Assembly (NCBI GenBank): GCA_038087875.1
Contig: CM075994.1
Coordinates: 11,782,001-11,846,000 of the forward strand
DNA length: 64,000 bases
Origin: Malacoraja senta
Lineage: Eukaryota
Direction: 5' to 3'
Below are positions 36,249-48,299 of this stretch, in pieces. Position 1 is the stretch's first letter. Each line of letters opens with the position of its first letter. Under the pieces are notes generated by a model, which saw only the letters and a program-made list of their open reading frames with translations, was not told the origin of the DNA and ran no database searches. A program made the translations under genes and the position numbers.

Positions 36249-38261
36249 AAAAGGAGGTGGGGTAGCGTTGCTGGTTAGAGAGGAGATTAACGCAGTGGAA
36301 AGGAAGGACATTAGCTTGGAGGATGTGGAATCGGTATGGGTAGAGCTGCGAAACACTAAGGGGCAGAAAACGCTGGTGGGTGTTGTGTCCAGGCCACCTA
36401 GCAGTAGTAGTGAAGTTGGGGATGGCATCAAACAGGAAATTAGAAATGCGTGCAACAAAGGCAAAACAGTTATAATGGGTGACTTCAATCTACATATTGG
36501 GTGAATCAAATTGGCAGGGGTGCTGAGGAAGAGGATTTCTTGGTATGTATGCGGGATAGTTATCTAAGCCAACATGTAGAGGAACCAACGAGAGAGCAGG
36601 CTATACTAGACTGGGTATTGAGTAATGAGGAAGGGTTAGTTGGCAGTCTTGTTGTGCGTGCCCCCTTGGGCAAGAGTGACCATAATATGGTTGAGTTCTT
36701 CATTAGGATGGAGAGTGACATTGTTAATTCAGAAACAACGGTTCTGAACTTAAAGAAAGGTAACTTTGAGGGTATGAGACGTGAATTGGCCAAGATTGAC
36801 TGGCAATTCGTTCTAAAAGGGTTGACGGTGCATATGCAATGGAAGACATTTAAAGACTGCATGGATGAACTACAAAAATTGTTCATCCCAGTTTGGCAAA
36901 AGAATAAATCAGGGAAGGTAGTGCATCCGTGGATAACAAGGGAAATCAGGGATAGTATCAAAGCAAAAGATGATGCGTACAAATTAGCCAGAAAAAGCAG
37001 CATACCAGAGGACTGGGAGAAATTCAGAGACCAACAGAGGAGGACAAAGGGCTTAATTAGGAAAGGGAAAATAGATTATGAAAGGAAACTGGCAGGGAAC
37101 ATAAAAACTGACTGCAAACGTTTTTATAGATATGTGAAGAGAAAGAGATTAGTTAAAACAAATGTAGGTCCCTTGCAGTCAGAAACAGGTGAATTGATCA
37201 TGGGGAACAAGGATATGGCGGACCAATTGAATAACTACTTTGGTTCCGTCTTCACTAAGGAAGACATAAATAATCTGCCGGAAATAGCAGGGGGCCGCGG
37301 GTCAAAGGAGATGGAGGAACTGAGTGAAATCCAGGTTAGTCGGGAAGTGGTGTTGGGTAAATTGAATGGATTAAAGGCCGATAAATCACCAGGGCCAGAT
37401 AGGCTGCATCCCAGAGTACTTAAGGAAGTAGCTCCAGAAATAGTGGATGCATTAGTGATAATTTTTCAAAACTCCTTAGATTCTGCAGTAGTTCCTGAGG
37501 ATTGGAGGGTAGCAAACGTAACCCCACTTTTTAAAAAGGGAGGGAGAGAGAAAATGGGGAATTACAGACCAATTAGTCTAACATCGGTAGTGGGGAAACT
37601 GCTAGAGTCAGTTATTAAAGATGGGATAGCAGCACATTTGGAATGTGGTGAAATCATTGGACAAAGTCAGCATGGATTTACGAAAGGTAAATCGTGTCTG
37701 ACGAATCTTATAGAATTATTCGAGGATGTAACTAGTAGAGTGGATAGGGGGGAACCAGTGGATGTGTTGTATCTGGACTTTCAGAAGGCTTTCGACAAGG
37801 TACCACATAAGAGATTAGGATACAAACTTAAATCACATGGTATTGGGGGTTCAGTATTGATGTGGATAGAGAACTGGCTGGCAAACAGGAAGCAAAGAGT
37901 AGGAGTAAACGGGTCCTTTACACAATGGCAGGCAGTGACTAGTGGGGTACCGCAAGGCTCAGTGCTGGGACCCCAGCTATTTACAATTTATATTAATGAT
38001 CTGGACGAGGGAATTGAAAGCAACATCTCCAAGTTTGCGGATGACACTAAGCTGGGGGGCAGTGTTAGCTGTGAGGAGGATGCTAGGAGACTGCAAGGTG
38101 ACTTGGATAGGCTGGGTGAGTGGGCAAATGTTTGGCAGATGCAGTATAATGTGGATAAATGTGAGGTTATCCACTTTTGTGGCAAAAACAGGAAAGTAGA
38201 CAGTGATACTTTAAAGTGATAGAAGGACAGTGATACTTTAAAGGAAAGCAAAACAAAAACC

Positions 38262-40932
38262 ATGATCCTACCAAACCAAATGCATGATGATGATAACAAG
38301 GCACTTGGTCTGGGCTACATTGTTGAAGAGGACATGCTCCACGTTATGGTGGGAATCAATTTCTCCAAGAGAAAGAAAAAGATGCGGCTTGGTCAAGGCC
38401 TTCTACAAGAGCAAATCAAAACTCAGACGCCAAATCCCCTAACAAGAAGAGAGCTTCTCAGCCAGGTAGCAGGGCTATATGACCCCATCGGCATAGTGGC
38501 TCCTGTTAAGCAAAAGGGAGCGATGTTAGTACGCAGAGCTTTCCAAGAAGCAAAAGAGGGAAGCTGTTCGGTCAGAGACACATGGGACATGGCACTCTCA
38601 GATGGACTCAGGGAGGATGCAATTAAGCTCTTTGAAGAGTACATACAACTTGGAAAAGTCAAGTTCGTCAGGGCACTGACTCCCTCTTGCTCCGCAACTG
38701 AACCCTTGGGGATCACCTTTTCTGACGGGAGTGAGCACACCTACGGGGCAGTGATGTACCTGAGATGGGATTCAGACCATGGCCCAATTGTCAGACTTGT
38801 GGAATCCAAGGCCAAGTTAACTCCCTTGGACCACAGAGGAGACGCTGTTAAAGCAGAGATGTGCGGAGCAGTGTTCGCCTCACGCTTAAAGAAGTATTTC
38901 GAGCTACACAGTCGAATTCAAGTGGAGAAGTGGTATCATCTTGTGGATAGCCAAACAATCCTTGGTGCAATACAGCGAGAAAGCTACGGATTTCAGACAT
39001 TCTTCGCCAATCGGATTGGAGAGATTCAAACAAGCACCAACATTCAGGACTGGCGGTGGATTCCTGGCCCACAAAACATTGCTGATGTAATCACCAGAGG
39101 TGCCAGCCCTCAAGATCTTGATCAGTATTCGGAGTGGCAAAATGGACCGAAGTTCCTGGTATTGCCTGTGAGTGAGTGGCCAATAAAATCAGCTAAAGAT
39201 CTGGCTGCCACTGCCAGAGAGAACATCAACAAGTTACAGGAGAAAGCTTTTGTTGCAGCACTATCAAGAGCCAAAGTAGAGAAACAAGAACCGGAACCAA
39301 CAAACCCAAAGAGACCACCTGAAGGGTCAGCTATTCAAAACCTTGTTGATGTCAAGCGGTTCAGCATTCTAACTCGACTGATCAAGACAGTCGCATGGAT
39401 TTGGAGAGCAGCGAAGAGGTTTCTTGGCAAGGAAAAAGCCTTAAACGATCCAAAGTGGGAGGCCATCTCTTTGACAGGAGTCATTACAGTAAGAGAACGA
39501 GAAAATGCTCTAAAAGACATTTTTTGTGCTGCGCAATTGGGCACAACTTTCCCAAGCACCACAACAGATCGACTGGTAGCCTATAAAGACCAAGATTCTG
39601 GGCTGATGGTTTGTGGTGGCAGAGTGCAGAGCTTTGAAGAGAATAAAGTTGCTGTTCCCATCCTGCCCGTTGATGCCTGGGTGTCCATGCTGCTAGCTCG
39701 GGAGGCTCACAGGGAGAGTCATGACGGAGTGGCTGGGACCTTGCTTAAAATGAGAGGAAAGGCTTGGGTCATAAAAGGAAGGAGAATTGCTCAAAAAGTC
39801 GTTGATCACTGCATAATCTGCAAGAAAGCAAAGGCAAAGAAATGTCAACAAGTAATGAGTGATCTGCCGCCTGAAAGAACTGAACCTGCTGCTCCTTTTG
39901 AGTTTACAACAGTAGACCTCTTTGGACCCTACCACGTACACGATGACGTCAAGAAGAGGGTAAAACTCAAAGTCTGGGGAGTTGTCTTCTGCTGTATGGC
40001 CAGCAGAGCCATCCACACAGAGTTAGTCAACACCTTATCAAGTGAAGGGTTTCTGATGGCTTATCAAAGATTCACAGCAATCCGTGGGCACCCCAAGAAG
40101 ATCTGGTCAGATCCAGGCACCAATTTTATTGGCGCAAAACCAGTCTTAGAGGAACTATATAGATTTTTGGACAACCTGGACAGAGCAGCTTTGGTGGAGA
40201 ACGCAGCTAAAAATGGAACAGAGTGGATGTGGAAAATCCATCCTGCTGATTCTCCACACAGAAATGGCGCTGCGGAAGCTGCTGTGCGTGTTGTGAAGAG
40301 AGCGCTCCAAAGGTTTGGAAAAGAATCGTCACTCAGTTATAGTGAGTTTCAGACAGCTCTTTACATGGCAGCCAACCTGTCAAATGAACGTCCGATCGAC
40401 GCCAGGATACAAAGCCGGGAAGACTGCGTTCAGTACATCACACCAAATACTCTTCTGCTTGGCCGAGCATCTCAGCATGGAGACATCAAGACTTTTGACT
40501 TTTCCAGCTACCCCTACAAAAGACTTAGAACAATGCAGTCAGAGGTGAACAAGTTTTGGAAGAGCTGGAGCCAACTCGCCAGTCCTAACTTGTTTATAAG
40601 GAGCAAGTGGCACACCACTCAGAGAAATGTCACTGCCGGAGACATTGTCTGGTTAAGTGACCAAAATGCACTGAGGGGGGCAATTCAAGCTGGGCAGAGT
40701 CATCAGCTCCAATCCAGACCGCAAAGGCATCGTGAGAGACATTAATGTACGGATCTTTCCAAGTTACTCCATTCCTCTGACAAAGGCTTTGAAAGGAAGG
40801 GCAAGGCATTCCACTCAGGGGAAGGAGAGGATCCAAGCCACGATTGTTCAGAGGGATGTTAGGCGGCTGGTTGTCTTGCTTCCAGTAGAAGAACAAGACA
40901 GCAATGCATCAGGAGACCAAGTTCAAACCTAG
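38262..40932 (+). pseudogene. BEL pol C-terminal part (Pao peptidase/RNase H, integrase, DUF5641-like end)
   Basis: TRRELLSQVAGLYDPIG, FSDGS, VDSQ, NIADVITRG, H..H..C..C, VDLFGP, SDPGTNF, NGAAE; frameshift near 40680. Confidence 0.92.
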
Positions 40933-40986
40933 ACTTCAAAGTTTGACTTTAAAGCGTCGATCTCCCAAGTGGTTCCAAGAGGGAGG

Positions 40987-42158
40987 TGTCAAGTCAAACT
41001 GTAATGAAAGGTATTACCTGCCTCCAAGTTAAAGGGGGAGGAGTATTATGTATGTAATATAATTGATGTTACCGGGCTCCAAGTTAAAGGGGGAGGAGTG
41101 TTAGGTATGGGATAATTAGGATAAGTAATTGGTGTCTTGTGATGTCTGGGGCAAGTACGCAGGAGCAAAAAAGACAAGGTGGCGTTCTGCAGTAAAGAAG
41201 CTTGCATGATTCCTCCCGTGTCCGAGCCTTTATTCAAGACTGTTCAAAGCATCCGAATACACAACAATTGGCGACGAGGATAAAAGAACGAAGATAAGAA
41301 CAAGGCCAGCAAGAAGAATCGAAAACAAACGTTAAAAATGGTAGTATTTGGAAACAAGTGGAACAGCACCAAGCCAAATGGTTTTGAATTGGCGCCAAAA
41401 AGAAAAAAGGTAGGAACGGGAAGCAATAGCTCAGGGAAGAGCTAGGAAATCAAGTAGGGGCAGTAAGGGTCACCAAGCACGGTGTCAGCTTACCTGGAAT
41501 GTATCCAGGGCTGTGCAGCCCACAGCCAAGCTCAAGCAGCAGCCACAGACGTCGGGTGGGGGCGTAGTACCGTTGAGGCCATGGACAGGTCCAGAAACGC
41601 CACCGACAAGAGGCTGAGTCTTCAGCCCAACTGGGAACAGTCAACCCGGTGGGGGGAGAAAGCAGAGAAAGCCCGGTCGGGAGCAGAGTCAGCCCGACCG
41701 TGAACAGAGAAGCGGAGATAAGCCAAGTTCCGCCCGGGGCTTTAAAAAAGGGCACACAGCACCGGAAGCGAGGAAAAGACGGAAGTTGACGCGGCTAAAA
41801 ACTTGAACAGTATAATCTAAGAGACTGTCCTAAAAACTGCCGCGTTCGCCAGCGAAGGCATGCAGGACTAATTATCTACAGCACCCGATTGGCAGCCAGT
41901 TTTTCACCTGCTAAAAGACTAAACTGTTAAATACCTTCAGACCTACAACATCCAAATGCCCTCAAAGTAATGGCTGAAGCAATAAATCAAGTGAAACTGT
42001 CAATTAATTGCTGAATCAGCCAAAATAAAAGGAGAAAAAACAAGAATAAAAAAGAAGTGGTTTGGTCATTGAGTGAAATCCAGTTCATCATTTCGGGGTG
42101 GATGAATCAGATCCCTTTCAAGCAGGGAATCTGCACAAAAACATTAGAAGACTTGACA
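40987..42158 (+). repeat. BEL 3' LTR
   Basis: Direct repeat of 25319-26481. Confidence 0.94.
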
Positions 42159-43163
42159 GATAGACAGAAGGGCATTTAAAGACTGCATGGATGAACTACA
42201 AAAATTGTTCATCCCAGTTTGCCAAAAGAATAAATCAGGGAAGGTAGTGCATCCGTGGATAACAAGGGAAATCAGGGATAGTATCAAAGCAAAAGATGAT
42301 GCTTACAAATTAGCCAGAAAAAGCAGCATACCAGAGGACTGGGAGAAATTCAGAGACCTGCAGAGGAGGACAAAGGGCTTAATTAGGAAAGGGAAAATAG
42401 ATTATGAAAGAAAACTGGCAAGGAACATAAAAACTGACTGCAAAAGTTTTTATAGATATGTGAAGAGAAAGAGATTAGTTAAAACAAATGTAGGTCCCTT
42501 GCAGTCAGAAACAGGTGAAATGATCATGGGGAACAAGGATATGGCAGACCAATTGAATAACTACTTTGGTTCCGTCTTCACTAAGGAAGACATAAATAAT
42601 CTGCCGGAAATAGCAGGAATCCAGGTTAGTCGGGAAGTGGTGTTGGGTAAATTGAATGGATTAAAGGCCGATAAATCACCAGGGCCAGATAGGCTGCATC
42701 CCAGAGTACTTAAGGAAGTAGCTCCAGAAATAGTGGATGCATTAGTGATAATTTTTCAAAACTCTTTAGATTTTGGAGTAGTTCCTGAGGATTGGAGGGT
42801 AGCAAACGTAACCCCACTTTTTAAGAAGGGAGGGAGAGAGAAAACGGGGAATTACAGACCAGTTAGTCTAACATCGGTAGTGGGGAAACTGCTAGTCAGT
42901 TATTAAAGATGGGATAGCAGCACATTTGGAAAGTGGTGAAATCACTGGACAAAGTCAGCATGGATTTACGAAAGGTAAATCATGTCTGACGAATCTTATA
43001 GAATTTTTCGAGGATGTAACTAGTAGAGTGGATAGGGGAGAACCAGTGGATGTGTTGTATCTGGACTTTCAGAAGGCTTTTGACAAGGTCCCACATAAGA
43101 GATTTGTATACAAACTTAAAGCACACGGTATTGGGGGTTCAGTATTGATGTGGATAGAGAACT

Positions 43164-44267
43164 ACATCCACTACAAACCCACCGACTCCCATGGCTATCT
43201 GGACTACACTTCTTCCCACCCTGCTTCCTGTAAGGACTCCATCCCCCACTCCCAATTCCTCCGTCTACGCCGCATCTGCTCCCAGGATGAGGCTTTCCAC
43301 ACCAGGGCATCTGAAATGTCCTCATTCTTCAGGGAACGGGGGTTCCCCTCCTCCACCATAGATGAGGCTCGCACCAGGGTCTCTGCCATACCCTGCAACA
43401 CTGCTCTCTCTCCCCATCCCCCCCACTCACAACGAGGGCAGAGCCCCCCTAGTCCTCACCTTTCACCCCACCAGCCGTCACATACAACAAGTGATCCTCC
43501 GTCAGTTTCGCCACCTCCAACGTGACCCCACCACTCGCCACATCTTCCCATCTCCCCCCATGTCTGCCTTCCGCAAAGACCGCTCCCTCCGTAACTCCCT
43601 TGTCAATTCTTCCCTTCCCTCCCATACCACCCCCTCCCCTGGTACTTTCCCTTGCAACCGCAAGAGATGCAACACTTGTCCCTTCACCTCCCCCCTCGAC
43701 TCCATTCAAGGACCCAAGCAGTCGTTCCAGGTGCGACAGAGGTTCACCTGCATCTCCTCCAACCTCATCTATTGCATCCGCTGCTCTAGATGCCAGCTCA
43801 TCTACATCGGTGAGACCAAGCGGAGGCTTGGCGATCGTTTCGCCGAACACCTCCGGTCGGTCCGCAATAACCAACCTGAGCTCCCGGTGGCTCAGCACTT
43901 CAACTCCCCCTCCCATTCCGTATCTGACCTCTCTGTCCTGGGTCTCCTCCATGGCCACAGCGAGCAACACCGTAAATTGGAGGAAATGCACCTCATATTC
44001 CGCTTGGGCAGTCTACATCCTGGGGGCTTGAACATTGAATTCTCCCAATTCTGCTAGCCCTTGCTGCCGCTCCCCTTCATCAGCCTTCTGGTTGTCTCCT
44101 CCCCTCCCCCAGCCCTCGGGCTCCTCCTCCGCCTTTTCCCCTTTTTCCTTTCTTCCCCCCACCCCCTATCAGTCTGAAGAAGGGTTTCGGCCCAAAACAT
44201 TGCCTATTTCCTTCGCTCCATAGATGCTGCTGCACCCGCTGAGTTTCTCCAGCACTTTTGTGTACCT
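43164..44267 (+). mobile_element. 5'-truncated Penelope-like element (Neptune-type, GIY-YIG) in CR1 RT
   Basis: YKPTDSHGYLDYTSSHP..SIPHSQFLRLRRIC; CNRKRCNTC; NLIYCIRCSRCQLIYIGETKRRL..RFAEH; 13-bp TSD tggatagagaact (43151-43163, 44268-44280). Confidence 0.93.
44165..44205 (+). ncRNA. Minimal hammerhead-ribozyme-like motif in the Penelope 3' repeat (core mutated)
   Basis: ctgaaga-a-gggtttcggccc-aaaac: CUGANGA box, short stem II hairpin, and AAAA in place of GAAA. Confidence 0.6.
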
Positions 44268-45537
44268 TGGATAGAGAACTGGCTGGCAAACAGGAAGCAA
44301 AGAGTAGGAGTAAACGGGTCCTTTTCACAATGGCAGGCTGTGACTAGTGGGGTACCGCAAGGCTCAGTGCTGGGACCCCAGCTATTTACAATTTATATTA
44401 ATGAACTGGATGAGGGAATTGAAGGCAACATCTCCAAGTTTGCGGATGACACTAAGCTGGGGGGCAGTGTTAGCTGTGAGGAGGATGCTAGGAGACTGCA
44501 AGGTGACTTGGATAGGCTGGGTGAGTGGGCAAATGTTTGGCAGATGCAGTATAATGTGGATAAATGTGAGGTTATCCACTTTTGTGGCAAAAACAGGAAA
44601 GTAGACTATTATCTAAATGGTGGCCGATTAGGAAAAGGGGAGATGCAGCGAGACCTGGGTGTCATGGTACACCAGTCATTGAAAGTAGGCATGCAGGTGC
44701 AGCAGGTAGTGAAGAAAGCGAATGGTATGTTAGCTTTCATAGCAAAAGGATTTGAGTATAGGAGCAGGGAGGTTCTACTGCAGTTGTACAGGGTCTTGGT
44801 GAGACCACACCTGGAGCATTGCGTACAGTTTTGGTCTCCAAATCTGAGGAAGGACATTATAGCCATAGAGGGAGTGCAGAGAAGGTTCACCAGACTGATT
44901 CCTGGGATGTCAGGACTTTCATATGAAGAAAGACTGGATTGACTTGGCTCATACTCGCTAGAATTTAGGAGATTGAGAGGGGATCTTATAGAAACGTACA
45001 ACATTCTTATGGGGTTGGACAGGCTAGATGCAGGAAGATTGTTCCCGATGTTGGGGAACTCCAGGACCAGGGGTCACAGCTTAAGGATAAGGGGGAAATC
45101 CAGGTACGGGATACTGAGTTGGATGATCAGCCATGATCATATTGAATGGCGGTGCAGGCTCGAAGGGCCGAATGGCCTACTCCTGCACCTATTTTCTATG
45201 TATCTATGTATCCCTACTTCCATCAGTCAAGGCGCACCGTTGTGAACGGTTTATTCCGCGCATACGTGCTGGCATCTTACCCGCATACACACCAGCATCC
45301 CTGCCGGCCAGGAACGTCACGGGTGTGCATTTGCACGAGATTGGAAACACTGTCCAATGGTGGAGGTAACGCGGGATTTGTGCAACACACGGTCTGAAAG
45401 GCTATAGTCATCTTTTCTAAGTTACGATGATGCTTCAAGTTTGAAGTTAATTGGTAAACTACTGTTACATTACTTCCTGCATTGTGGTTATTGTTCCGGG
45501 CAATACATAACACAGACGATACAAAAGCTTGAAAGCA

Positions 45538-45815
45538 CACACCACCAGATTCAGGAACAGCTTCTTTCCCTCAGTTATCAGACGTCTGACAATTCTCCCA
45601 TAAGCTAGAGTGTAGTCCCAATATTCAAACCTACCTCATAGGACTTTTTCTGTGGAACTGTAATGCTAAAATGCTGGAAACTTTATTCTGCACTCTGGTA
45701 TTATTTTCTCTTTACTTTACCTTTTGTAGTTGTGTATGGCTCGATTGTATTCTTGGATATTCATGCAAACAAAAGCTTTTCACTGTATCTCGGTACACGT
45801 GACAATAAACCAAAC
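45538..45815 (+). mobile_element. Old Rex1-like LINE 3' end
   Basis: TTRFRNSFFPSVIR-like coding end; tail cttttcactgtatctcggtacacgtgacaataaac. A similar fragment lies at ~46100-46185. Confidence 0.55.
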
Positions 45816-45834
45816 CAAACATCAGCAACTACTC

Positions 45835-46080
45835 ACATGCCAATTTGGGGATTTTCCATCTCAATTCAGCCCCGTGCATCCCATCACAGTCTTGGTCTAA
45901 ACATTGGACCAAAGAGCTGAACCCTGACTTGAGGTAAGAGTGACTACTTCTGCTATCAAAATTGCATTTGACCGAGTGTGGCATCAAGGCACCCTGGTAA
46001 AACTGAAGCAAACTGACATAAAGGGAAGACACCAGTGGTTGGAGACACACCTCACCCAAGAAGGTGGTTGTGCGCAGTTT
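45835..46080 (+). mobile_element. Old degenerate CR1/L2-group RT fragment (probably continued at ~47985-48130 and ~48280-48320)
   Basis: IKIAFDRVWHQGTLVKL..WLETHLTQ RT motif. Confidence 0.55.
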
Positions 46081-46550
46081 AATACACACCTATCACCAGG
46101 AAGATGGCATTGGAGTCTGAAAACCATGAGCTCCAGAGGTTCAAGAACAGCTACATCCCGACAACCGTCAGGCCCTTGAGCACTTGAAACAGAGGTAGGA
46201 GCAGCAAGTCTGTGGATTGGTTGCGGCAAAGCAATTCCAGGTTAGTGCAAGCACAGGAACTTTAAAAAGTCCGCCCATGGACAGGTCTGTGGACTTGAAT
46301 CAGAGGTCGGAGCAGGAGTGGCAGTTAGGAGCATCGAGTCGGCTGATGGGTTGCAGCACCCAAATTGGTTAGTTGAGTGGCAAATAAAAATGGCCAAGGT
46401 GTAGCGGAGCGGCCGTGATGGGGAAAGGCTGTGTGAAGGTCCAGTGCATATCTTTGGCTCAAGGAACCTTCCTGGTTCCGGCGCTGTGCGCACAGCAGCC
46501 AGCCTCGTCTTTTTCTTTTATATTTATTTTGCACATTTTTAGGTTAACAA

Positions 46551-47117
46551 TGTGGCGGCACCTGGTGGTGGGCCACGCACTGTACATAACCTTTGGCTCT
46601 TGGGGGGGTCACGAGAGGAAGGGGTCACGGTGTGGTCACGGGTGCCCCTGGGGAGTATTTAAGGGTTAATCGCGCACGCAGTGTTGGTGAGTGAGGAGAA
46701 TTGGTGTAACAATAAAGAACAAGATTTTCAGACGAACTTCATGTCCTGCCTCGTTCTTTAATGGACATCTGTGCGCCCGCGACATTTGGTGACCCCGACG
46801 TCCAGGATTGATATTCTGGAAAAAAAATGCGCCGCGCCAGCGCCCAACCCTTCCAACAACCAGGCCCAACTCAGCGCCGTCGCCCTGAAGCTACCGATCT
46901 TCTGGACTGCCCAGCTGCAAGAATGGTTCCAGCAGGCCGAATCACAATTCTTCATTCGAGTGGTAACCAACGACGAGACCCACTACCATTCTGTGGTCGG
47001 CACGCTCGACCAGGAAACGGCCGGGCGAATCATCCCCTTCCTGCAGGATCCACCGCTACCCAATAAATATGGCGGCCTGAAGGTGCTGCTGCTCAACACC
47101 TTCGGCCTCAGTCGGAT
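46551..47117 (+). mobile_element. Gypsy C remnant: LTR (46551-46784), tRNA-Trp-like PBS, gag N-terminus
   Basis: tgtggcg...cgcgaca with AATAAA; tggtgaccccgacgt at 46787; AVALKLPIFW...WFQQAESQF gag motif. Confidence 0.85.
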
Positions 47118-47119
47118 TC

Positions 47120-47530
47120 AGACTCTATTCCTTGGAGCACAAGAAGATATGGAGTGATCTTATCGAGGTGTAGAAAAGCTTGAAAGGAATAGATCAGGTA
47201 AACACACAGTCTTTTGCCCAGAGTTGTGGAATCGGAAACCAGAGGGCATAGGTTTATGGTGAGGGGGGGAAAGATTTAATAGGAACATGAGGAGTAACTT
47301 TTTAATACAAAGGGTGCTGTGTGTATGGAACAAGCTGCCTGAGGAGGTAGTTGAGGCGGGTACTATTGCAACGTTTAAGAAACATTTAGACAGGTCCATA
47401 AATAGGTTGGGTTGTGAGCGATATGGGCCAAACGCAGGCAGCTGGGACCAGTGCAGATGCGACATGTTGGTATTCGTGGGTAAATTGGGCTGAAGGACCT
47501 GTTTCCACACTGTATGACTATGACTTCATG
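47120..47530 (+). mobile_element. Older CR1 3' end (another degraded CR1 tail at ~47755-47900)
   Basis: NFLIQRVLCVWNKLPEEVVEAGTIATFKKHLD; tail gggctgaaggacctgtttccacactgtatgactatgac. Confidence 0.8.
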
Positions 47531-48134
47531 ACTCTACAAACACCAACTAATCAATGAACTATCAGCTGTCTTGGTTGCAATTACGGACTTTGGTCTTTTT
47601 ATGCATTAATGTTTTGTTTTTTAATTTCTTGATTTTAATTTTGTTTATTATGTTATCTGTGAGTACCGTGTTTACAGTCCAGTTTGGTTCTTGCCAGTAA
47701 GAATTTTACTGTTCTGTTTTTGGAACAATTGACAACTAAATGCTGTTTTTAGGCACTTTTAGAGAGGCACATGGAAGTACAGGGATTAGAGGGGACGTGG
47801 ATCATTCACAGGCAGTGAAGATCAGTTTAACTTGGCATCATGTTTGGCACAAACTTTGCTGGCTGAAGAGCCACTTCCAGTGCTGTACTGTTCTATGTTC
47901 AATGCCACTTGCAACTCCTCAGAAAATGAAGCAACCCATGCCTGCAGACAGCAAGTCCCAGTTACCATTCAAGCACAATAAATAGCAAGTATTATTTGCA
48001 TCACCAAGTACCAGGCAATGACCATCTCCAGCGAAAGGGTGTCTAATCACTTCCCCTTGACATTGAATGGTATTATCATTGCCAAACTCCATGCACCAGT
48101 ATCCAGAAATTCAACTGGACAAGCAACATAACTG

Positions 48135-48276
48135 GAGACACGAGGAAATGCAGATGCTGGAATCTTCAGCAAAACACAAAGTGCTGGAGTAACTCAGCGG
48201 GTCAGGCAGCACCTGTGGAGTGAGTGAATTGACAACATCGTGGGTCTGAAGCCTGGAAAAGGGTCCCGACGTGAAA
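48135..48276. mobile_element. Short Penelope terminal-repeat-related fragment
   Basis: acacaaagtgctggagtaactcagcgggtcaggcagcacct resembles the reverse complement of the Penelope 3' end at 44220-44263. Confidence 0.6.
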
Positions 48277-48299
48277 GGTACAAGTTAGGAGTGTGGTGG

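Larger units (their letters stand above)
28165..38200 (+). mobile_element. CR1 copy (inner), truncated at both ends, inside BEL, split by Gypsy B
   Basis: Highly similar to the outer CR1. Starts within the ORF1 zinc finger; ORF2 EN-RT at 29320-29502 and 36254-38200 (YLDFQKAFD, GVPQGSVLGP, FADD); stops at KNRKVD with no 3' tail. Confidence 0.9.
25319..42158 (+). mobile_element. BEL/Pao LTR retrotransposon with both LTRs; PR-RT region replaced by a CR1/Gypsy block
   Basis: ~1.16-kb LTRs tgtcaagtc...gacttgaca; 5-bp TSD gatag (25314-25318, 42159-42163); PPT aagagggagg; BEL-type gag and Pao-peptidase/integrase ORFs. Confidence 0.94.
22686..45210 (+). mobile_element. Near full-length CR1 LINE (outer), hosting SINE-like, BEL and Penelope insertions; internal deletions
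   Basis: 5' tandem repeats, esterase-type ORF1, ORF2 EN-RT in pieces (24380-24471, 25234-25318, 42164-43163, 44281-~45100), 3' tail cctattttctatgtatctatgta. Confidence 0.9.
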
